This document shows positions 54,226-64,000 of a DNA stretch of 64,000 bases, in pieces. Where the stretch lies: assembly GCA_951406725.2 (NCBI GenBank), contig OX597822.1, forward strand, positions 54,436,001 to 54,500,000. The letters are read 5' to 3'. The first letter of the stretch is position 1; every line of letters starts with the position of its first letter. A program made the position numbers and the translations under genes. Source of the stretch: Octopus vulgaris. Lineage: Eukaryota. The notes under the pieces are model-generated. The model ran no database searches. It had not been told where the DNA came from and saw nothing but the letters and a program-made list of their open reading frames with translations.

Positions 54226-54844
54226 TACGTAAATATAAGAGAGTGACCACTATGTGGTCGACTCTAGCACTAAAAATAGATCCGCTACGGTTTCAGCCGC
54301 GAAGAATTGTTTCCGATGAAAGTTAGCACAACTATTAGCGTAACAGAGCAAATAAAAAATAACAAAAATGCAGATTAATTCAGGACAATTGTTTCGCCAT
54401 TAATAAATTATGCAATTTTACTCACATAACATATCTGTAGCTCCTCAGCTGAATTTGTCTAAAATACAATTTACTCAACCGCATACCAGATTTTACCAAA
54501 ACGATAAACACACATGCGGTTCAGTCGATTGCATTCGCCGTTATAATTCAAGTGCCCCCGCCAAAGCCTGCCAAAATTCACGGAAACAGATACTACATCA
54601 AGAATTAAATGCAGTATAATTACAATCAACTAATAAGGGTGAGAAAATTGGATACTAATTTAATAGTACCATCAATTTAACACCAAGTGGCTTAGTGCAT
54701 AAAAACCAGGAATACAATAAATTTTATACGTAAATATAAGAGAGACACCACTATGTGGTCGACTCTAGCACTAAAAATAGATCCGCTACGGTTTCAACCG
54801 CGAAGAATTGTTTCCGATGAAAGTTAGCACAACTATTAGCGTAA
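54226..54844 (-). mobile_element. Non-coding HHR element with pLTR-like direct repeats (period ~501 bp)
   Basis: ~118-bp direct repeats at 54226-54343 and 54727-54844; intact HHR between them; TA tracts on both flanks. Confidence 0.75.
54377..54455 (-). ncRNA. Type I hammerhead ribozyme, intact
   Basis: AAUUCAG-CUGAGGA-GCUA...UGGC-GAAA-C-AAUU-G-UC-CUGAAUU; 7-bp helix I. Confidence 0.85.
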
Positions 54845-54847
54845 ACG

Positions 54848-54925
<78 letters not shown>

Positions 54926-54927
54926 CT

Positions 54928-55146
54928 GTATGTGTGTGTCTGTGTCTGTGTCTGTGTTTGTACCCCCGTCCATTGTTGCTTGAAAACCGATGTTGCTGTG
55001 TTTACGTCGCCGCAACTTAGCCGCTAAGCAAAACACTTCGATAGAATAAGTACTAGGCTTACAAAGGATAAATCCTGGGATCGATTTCTTCGACTAAAGG
55101 CGCTGCTCCAGCATGTCCGCAGTGATATGACCGAAACAAGTAAAAC
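54928..55146 (+). mobile_element. SINE family A tail half
   Basis: Homologous to 44260-44445. Confidence 0.75.
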
Positions 55147-55479
55147 AATTAAAAAAACTATGCTGTTTTGATCCCGAGCAACCCCGGATATCTCTTCTAG
55201 TAATTTATAAAGAAGAATTCACTATATAAACCTGCTCAACTAACCGTCGAACTCTCATCTCTGTTGAGCATAAATTCATCTTTCCTCTCCCAACTTTCAA
55301 CTCACGGTCTCAATTCTGAACCCCTTTTCTTTAAAATTCTCTCCTATTTACCTCTCAAATACGATGCGTACATATACAAACAAATACTCAAAACACGAAA
55401 TGCCCATCCTACTCGAATAACTTTACACGCGGATGAAAAACAAATTTACAGCACCGTACATACAACAGCACAGTACTCA

Positions 55480-55827
55480 TGCACACACAGACTGTAAATA
55501 TACACGCACACATGTTTGTTATAACACTGCTACACATACAAGAGTGAAAGATAAAACACACACATTTTCTAACAAATGCATACATTCAATAATAGGCAAT
55601 AAACACATACATTCAGACAATCAACGCACGCACACACAAACACACACACACACACACACACACATACACACACACACATACACACACACACACACACAAT
55701 GCAAATATATACGCACATCCATACTGCCATACAGTGCAACGATACACACACTCAGACAACACAATACCATAAAACACCCACGCAACTCAACGAAACAACG
55801 ACACCCACCCACACAATGATAAATCAA

Positions 55828-55867
<40 letters not shown>

Positions 55868-56720
55868 ACAGACAGACACACACACACATACACACACACT
55901 CGACAAACGTACAAACATTCAATTTCATAAACAGTTAAAAGAAAAACTAACGTACAGTCCGCCAAATAAAACTATAAGCACACATAGACACACACATACA
56001 CACACATAGACACACACACACCTTCACACACATACACACACATAGACACACACACACCTTCACACACATATACATACACACACACGCACATGCACTCACA
56101 CATTCATACAACGCATACACATACACACAACGCATAATCTTCCATGTACAACACAAGTACACATACACACACAGACACAAACTCAGACACTCACAAAATT
56201 AAATAGTGACATTTACACACACATACACACACGCGCACACACACACACGGAAGCACCCAGTCATATGTACAGATAGACACGGCACACATACCCCATTCCA
56301 TCCCCATTCACCTCACAAATTATACATATACAACAAAAGTACAAACACACGGATGCCGACACACACACACAGCACACACAGACATACACAGACTCACACA
56401 TAGGCACACACGCAAACACACACACACACAGACACATACCTACATGCACACATACATACACACATAAAACACATGCACATAGACACAACGCACAATCTTA
56501 CAAAAAGAACACAAACACAAATACATACATACACACATACACACAAATCCAGATACAGACACAGACACATACACGCTCAAAATTAAATACAGACACACAC
56601 AAACACAAACCCAGACACAGACATATACACGCTCAAAAATTAAATACAAAGACAATTACACACACACACACATACAAACACACAGACATATGTACAGATA
56701 CACACGGGACACATACGCCG
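55480..56720. repeat. Degenerate (CA)-rich low-complexity tract
   Basis: Seen directly; local subrepeats such as CTCAAAATTAAATACAGACAC. Confidence 0.85.
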
Positions 56721-56778
56721 TCATTACAACTTATTTCGTCATTACAGCACTACACGTAATATTCAAAAGATAGTAAAC

Positions 56779-57164
56779 ACTGGAAGCACTCCGTCGGTTA
56801 CGACGATGAGGGTTCCGGTTGATCCGAATCAACAGAACAGCCTGCTCGTGAAATTAACGTCTAAGTGGCTGAGCACTTCACAGACACGTGTACCCTTAAC
56901 GTAGTTCTCGGGGATATTCAGCGTGACACAGAGAGTGACAAGGCCGGCCCCTTGAAATACAGGTACAACAGAAACAGGAAGTAAGAGTGAGAGAAAGTTG
57001 TGGTGAAGGAGTACAGCAGGGATCACCACCATCCCCTGCCGGAGCCTCGTGGAGCTTTAGGTGTTTTCGCTCAATAAACACTCACAACGCCCGGTCTGGG
57101 AATCGAAACCGCGATCCTATGACCGCGAGTCCGCTGCCCTAACCACTGGGCCATTGCGCCTCCA
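56779..57164 (-). mobile_element. SINE with a different tRNA head and family C tail
   Basis: Head GGAGGCGCAATGGCCCAGTGGTTAG...GGTTTCGATTCC; 3' half matches 57660-57843. Confidence 0.85.
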
Positions 57165-57275
57165 CATAGTAAACATACCCTCCACTAAAACCAACGCAAT
57201 GGCACATTCAAAAAATACTATATCCATACGCATACTGAAATCAACGCAGACATATTCAATATTCACAAGCACACA

Positions 57276-57325
<50 letters not shown>

Positions 57326-57520
57326 ATATACATTGCATATATACGCATACACACAGAAACAAACACTAAACCATATACAAGATACATGATGTAACATACA
57401 CACGCAAATGAACCCAAGCACACACATACATACATACATACATACATACATACATACATACATACATACATACATACATACATACATACATACATACGCA
57501 TATTCATTGGTTACATGTGA

Positions 57521-57843
57521 AGGCGTGTGGCTTAGTGGTTAGGGCATTCGGCTCACGATTGTAAGGTCGTGAGTTCAATTCCCGGCTACGCGTTGTGTTC
57601 TTCAGCAAGACACTTTATTTCACGTTGCTCCAGTTCGCTCAGCTGGTAAAAATGTGTTGTACCTGTATTTCAAAGGGCCAGCCTTGTCATACTCTGTGTC
57701 ACGCTGATTCTCCCCGAGAACCGCGTTAAGGGTACACGTGTCTGTGGATTGCTCAGTCACTTGCACGTTAATTTCACGAGCAAGCTGTTCCGTTGATCGT
57801 ATCAGTTGGGACCCTCGTCGTCGTAACCAACGGAGTGCTCCAG
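57521..57843 (+). mobile_element. SINE family C, full length
   Basis: AGGCGTGTGGCTTAGTGGTTAG head with B-box GAGTTCAATTCC. Confidence 0.9.
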
Positions 57844-58928
57844 GATACATGTACACATACTTTCTTTAAAATTATCAAACGTATCCACACGCTCAATTTC
57901 ACACACATACTGCATACATACGTGCATATATACCACTACACAAGTAAACAAACACAAACACATCGCTATACAACTGTGCACCACATGCAGCTCGCGAACA
58001 CAAATGCACAATAGACAAGACACAAATACACAATTCACAAATGCACAAATGAAAAACTCTCGTATAGATTTCAATTTTGCACATACACGCAAATATATAT
58101 ATCGCGCGCACACACATACAAACACACACACAATCCAGCCACAGAGACTCGAAAACAATTTGCTTGTTCAAATGCTGTCAGTCGAAAACTCTGCATATCA
58201 AATACCAACAGGTTTCAAGGATCATCACAATGGCTTTACGACGCACCGGTCCTACTTCACTGATGTGAAACCCCTCCTTCTGGATCGACTGATCGATCTT
58301 AATTCTTTCAGCCTGGGATCAGCACCATTCAAATTGCGGATTCCTAAAAGTCTGACTTGCCATGTAGACATTAGCAGGTACCTACCTCTGGACCCACATA
58401 TCACTTCTCTAACCAGACCTAATCATCCCTTTTCAACAATATTCGACTCTCTCTTGACTGTTGACAAGATTACTTTCAAGACGGTGTTTGCTTGACAATG
58501 ATTCACGCTGATTGATAACAACCGTTAAGACTGGATTCAATAATTCACACAGAGCTTTAAAACAACTACAGCTTATCTCCCTTTACTACTGTTCTTCCGT
58601 GTTTTGAAACGACGTTTTACCCTTCTCATGTTCGGTCATTTTCAAAATGGAGTTAATTCGATATTACATACAATCATGATTTTTTCTTGCAGTTTTTGTT
58701 TTTCCTTCTTGTCTCGTTCTGTCATTTGATGAAGATTCTTCATGCAAAACGTCAAAACATTTCTCATTTCTCAGAGCGTGAAATTAATAACTAAACTTTT
58801 ATATTTTTCTAGTCTTCTATATTGTTGCTTTATCATGCTTTCATTTTATTTTATCGATCGATCGATCGATCGATCCATCCATTCATCCATCCATCCATCC
58901 ATCCATCCATCCATCCATCCATCCATCC

Positions 58929-58983
<55 letters not shown>

Positions 58984-59060
58984 CATCCATCCATCCATCC
59001 ATCCATCCATCCATCCATCCATCCATCCATCCATCCATCCATCCATCCATCCATCCATCC

Positions 59061-59104
<44 letters not shown>

Positions 59105-60040
59105 CACTGTTTGTAAAGTATCCACAAAAGTTCATACATTAAGCATATCGGTATATGATCGTGTGTATGTTTTAAGAAATAAATGCATTCCTTGATTTTC
59201 AAAGAGATATTCACGTCAGCAGAACAACAGACATCTATGAAAGGGCATACGTTTCCTTGCCTGTTCCAAACAACAATATCCGGCCTGTTACGTTTTACAC
59301 TTGATAGAAGCCTTGATAGAGATGTTCCACCAGTATTCCTTGTATTGCTGTTTGTGAATGTATTCAATAACAGGGAGATTCTTTGTATATATTTCAGCGT
59401 AATCTTTTTCCGAAAGGTACTGTATATTGTTACTTTATAGCCCCAAGAGATCTTCGTCTCTAGCTGGCTCTAAACACAATATCTGTGTCTTTGGGGTATT
59501 TGCAAAGGGAGGCCATCCCTTCCTCGCAAGCCTGAGTGATACGCTCGAACTATCACTCAGGCTTGCGAGGAAGGGATGGCCTTCCTTTGCAAATACTCCA
59601 AAGACACAGATATTGTGTTTAGAGCCTGCTAGAGACGAAGATCTCTTGGGGCTATAAAGCTACAGTAACAACCCCCTCCCCAATGTGGTTAGCCATGATA
59701 AGATGGCTTCTATACTTTACATTATCGAGCGATTACTGTTTCAATCTCATTCTGAGATTTAATTATGCTTACTGTATATTGTTTTTGCGGCAGTACCTTG
59801 ATGACATTTTTGGACAGCTCCTAATAACATGTGTGATGTCTTCCAGAAAAATATCTATAATTTTGGTCGCCTTGGAGCTCCAAAATCTTCACTGTCTCTT
59901 TTGTCCATTAGATATTTCGTAGCAATCACCTGTTCATGGAATACAAACGTGTGGTTCTCGAAGTAAGGTGCGATGTAGCAGTCACGAGTTCAAGATAGAC
60001 TGCATTTCATGTCGATATTATTGTCTTCTTCAAATAGTCA
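59105..60040 (-). mobile_element. Decayed R4/Dong-like RLE LINE fragment
   Basis: HEQVIATKYL, EDITHVIRSCPKMSSRY, NRPDIVVWNR...IDVCC; related to 35352. Confidence 0.7.
59433..59659. mobile_element. Fold-back element with 109-bp arms and a 9-nt loop
   Basis: Arms 59433-59541 and 59551-59659 with 3 differences; interrupts the RLE LINE. Confidence 0.85.
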
Positions 60041-60176
60041 AGAAACTTTCTCTCACTCTTTCTTCTGTTGGCCTGCTCGCTTAGCCAGCGGGGTGGCGTC
60101 ATTTGAAGGCTAAAACAATGCGAAGCGCATTGTGACCGGCGATGTGTAGCAACATCTGATAGCCTGGTCAGTCACG

Positions 60177-60224
<48 letters not shown>

Positions 60225-60269
60225 GAAGGAGCTTATTTACTGTGGTTAACCCCGACTCAACCCGGGACC

Positions 60270-60315
<46 letters not shown>

Positions 60316-60339
60316 TACGTACGTACATACATACATACA

Positions 60340-60375
<36 letters not shown>

Positions 60376-60709
60376 TGTATATATATATATATATATATAA
60401 TAGTAATAATAACAATAATACTCGGATGGAATTTATATGGTTACAGTGCATCCCGCAGTATCCGTAGGCATCGGGTAGATCATCTTCATGAATGCATTTC
60501 TTTGAGCGATGTTTAAGATGTATATCCCAGTTCGAAGATTGTTCGAGTTATTACTATATTCATCTTACATTGTATCGGTACACCTCGTGGCACCTCCCCC
60601 CCCCCCAAAAAAACTGATTCACCAGTCAGCATCATTAGACCGTGGCCGGAGTAATGGAATATGAACTTTCTTTGCATATTCAAAACGCTTCCCGTAAACA
60701 AATTTAAAA

Positions 60710-60770
<61 letters not shown>

Positions 60771-60780
60771 ACCTGTATGT

Positions 60781-60828
<48 letters not shown>

Positions 60829-60893
60829 ATGCTTCTCTTTCTACGAAATGAGAAAATACATTGCGGAACTGTTATTTTAACGTCTTGTGTCTA

Positions 60894-61003
60894 TTTATTA
60901 TCTGATGAGATACATCTGCACCGCCAGATACTCCTGAACCAGTTGTTGAGTGTCCCACCCATGAGTGCTCAATGCCAGATGTGTCAAAACAATTGTCGTG
61001 GTA

Positions 61004-61005
<2 letters not shown>
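60894..61005 (+). ncRNA. Type I hammerhead motif with G12>A
   Basis: UUUAUUAU-CUGAUGA-GAUACAUCUG...CAGAUGUGUC-AAAA-C-AAUU-G-UC-GUGGUAAA. Confidence 0.7.
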
Positions 61006-61077
<72 letters not shown>

Positions 61078-61215
61078 TGATAATAATAATGATAATTATT
61101 ATATATATATATAGTTAATCCAAACATGAAAACACAAAGAGAAAACACGACAACTCGAGGACGTGGAACAAGTATAGTATTATTGGACGTTCAGGAAAGA
61201 AGGAAAGAAGGAGGG

Positions 61216-61248
61216 TTTAACGTTTCGAGCGGAGCTCTTCGTCAAAAA
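61216..61248 (-). ncRNA. Ultra-minimal hammerhead motif, C3>U
   Basis: UUU-UUGACGA-A-GAGC-UCC-GCUC-GAAAC-GUU-AAA, inside a TA-flanked element (~61110-61330). Confidence 0.5.
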
Positions 61249-61429
61249 CATAAAAAATGGAAAGATCCAAAGAAGGGAAGACAGAGGAAAAAAAATCCCC
61301 AACGGTACACGAGCGGTCACATTTTGAATATATATATATATATTTATATATCTATATATAATTCTTCATACTTCATTACCATTCCCTCTATAACTTTCAC
61401 TACGACCTAACAACCACGACCACCGCTGC

Positions 61430-61575
61430 CAACACCACCACCACCACCACCACCACCACCACCACCACCACTACCACCACCACCATATTCACCCCACCCC
61501 CCACCACCACCATTACAACCACCACCACCACCACCACCACCACCACCACCACCACCATTACCACCACCACCATTC
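61430..61575. repeat. (CAC)n microsatellite
   Basis: Seen directly. Confidence 0.95.
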
Positions 61576-62014
61576 ACCGCCGCTAAGGTTCGCTACCACA
61601 ATTACCACGAAAAACAACTTACACAACGACGCCTCCACCATCAAAATCATGTGAGCTAGTTTCCTGTTGTTACACATAAATATGTATGTATGTACGTATG
61701 TATGTATGTATGTATGTATGTATGTATGTATGTATGTATGTATGTATGTATGTATGTATGTATGCGTGTATGTATGTATGTATGTATGTAGGTATGTGTG
61801 TGTGTGTCTGTATATGTAAGTTCTTGTGAGTGTGAGTGCATGTTTGTGCATTTGTATATGTGTATGTGTATGTGTTTGCAAATGTAGAAGCATTTATGGA
61901 TGCCATAGAGTTGTAAGGTCCTTATGACGTCAATAGTAAAAGATGGGAGTGGGTGGTGATAAAAAGTGGTAGTAGAGGATGGTCGAGTGTACTGTGAATG
62001 CTGTGAGTCTTTGG

Positions 62015-62068
<54 letters not shown>

Positions 62069-62085
62069 CTCAATACATAGCAGAG

Positions 62086-62126
<41 letters not shown>

Positions 62127-62144
62127 AAGCATGTGTGTGCACAG

Positions 62145-62208
<64 letters not shown>

Positions 62209-62816
62209 ATCTATCTATCTATACACACGTACACGCACGCACATACACACACACACACACGTATATACATATATATATATCTATCTCTCCCTGTCTCTGT
62301 TTTTCTCTTTCTCTCTCTCTCTCTCTGTTCCTTTCTCCCTTTCACTATACATACACACATGCACATATATTCATATTCGTCTTTCTATATATATATATAT
62401 TTATTTATTTATTTCTCTTTCTCTGTATTCTCTGTCTTCTTCTTCTCTCTCTCTCTATTTCTCTCTATTTCTTTCTCTCTGTCTCTCTCTCTCTCTCTCC
62501 CTCTCTATCTATCTATCTATCTATATTTTTTCCTCCCCCCCTTTTTATTCTTTTTTTTTAAAATTTTATTCCCCCCTTTTTTGTCCTCTTTCTTTCTCTT
62601 TACGATCCCTTTTGATCGAAAACCAAACCCCCTTTTTTACCCCCAAAAGAAAAGCTCTACCTTGTAATTTGTCCTGTCTGTGTGCAGCCCTGTGTGGCTA
62701 ATAAAGAAACATATCTATTTATCTATCAATCTATCTATCTACCTACCTACCTCTCTGTCTGTCTGTCTGTCTAGTTATTTAGTTATTTAGTTAGATCGAT
62801 CGATCGATCGATCGAT

Positions 62817-63120
<304 letters not shown>

Positions 63121-63199
63121 TTGATGTGTTTATGAGTGGGCGGCTTAGTTTTTAAATGTTGACAACTGCTAATTAATGTGAACTGTTTAAGTGATTCAA

Positions 63200-63537
63200 T
63201 GAGACAGAAAGAGACAGAAAGGGAGAAAGAGAGAGAGAAGGAGAAAGGGGGTGGAAGGGATGTAGAGGAAGAGAGAAAGGGAGAGCGCGAAAGAGGGAGA
63301 GCGGGAAAGAGGGAAACGGAGAGATGGGGAGAGATGGGAAGAGAATGAGAGGGACATTAAGGAGTAATTGATGATTGAGTAGGGAAAAAAGAAGGAGAGA
63401 GAGAGAGAAAGAAGGAGATAGAGAGATTAAGGAGATGTGTTAGAGAAGGAATGAATGAATGAAGGAGAGAGACATAAAATGAGAGAGAAAGAAAGAGGGA
63501 GAGAGATTAAGGGGGTGTGATAGAAAAGATGAATGAA

Positions 63538-63594
<57 letters not shown>

Positions 63595-63679
63595 AAAGAG
63601 AGAATGAGAGAAGAGAAAGAAAGTGGGTGGGAGTGACTTGAGAGGTTGTTGCAATAAGTGTAGAAAGAGAAATGGTAAC

Positions 63680-63754
<75 letters not shown>

Positions 63755-64000
63755 TGAGAGCGGGAGAGAGAGTTTGGAATTAGATAACAGTCTCAGTGTG
63801 TGTGTGTGTGTGAATGCGAACGAGTTAAAACAGAGAGGAAGAGATGGAGAGAGAGAGAGAGGGGGAGAGAGGCAGAGAATTAGCGAGAGAGAGAGCAAAG
63901 GAAGGAATGAATGATATAAAGAGAGGAAGGCTGAATGTGAAGGAGCCAGAGAAAACAGGAGAGAGAGGGAGAGAGAGAGAGAGAGAGACTTAGGAGGGAG
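63200..64000. repeat. Polypurine (GA)n-rich tract
   Basis: Seen directly. Confidence 0.9.

Noticed and set aside
58004-58495. 163-aa ORF
   Set aside because: Starts in CA-rich low-complexity DNA; no recognisable domain

Overview
This is AT-rich, microsatellite-saturated eukaryotic DNA. The SINE families and repeat landscape point to a cephalopod, most likely Octopus (inference). I recognise no host protein-coding gene, so it is probably intergenic or a large intron, and almost all track ORFs are microsatellite translations. Real content: a near full-length, frameshifted RTE-clade LINE (29352-32890, -) plus a fragment; R4/Dong-like RLE LINE remnants beside microsatellites; three tRNA-derived SINE families; non-autonomous Helitrons; mariner and Chapaev3-like transposase remnants; MITEs; and several long hairpins. 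The most striking signal is 14 type-I hammerhead ribozyme (HHR) motifs found by eye on both strands. Six keep the full catalytic core (four with all three stems paired) and eight are decayed. Their helix II sequences are mostly unrelated, their helix III is tiny and often palindromic, and many sit in short, apparently non-coding units ending at (TA)n tracts. This fits Penelope-like element termini or retrozyme-like elements. Two units have pLTR-like direct repeats, and two fold-back palindromes are centred just upstream of an HHR GAAA. All structures were read manually and are not computationally folded.
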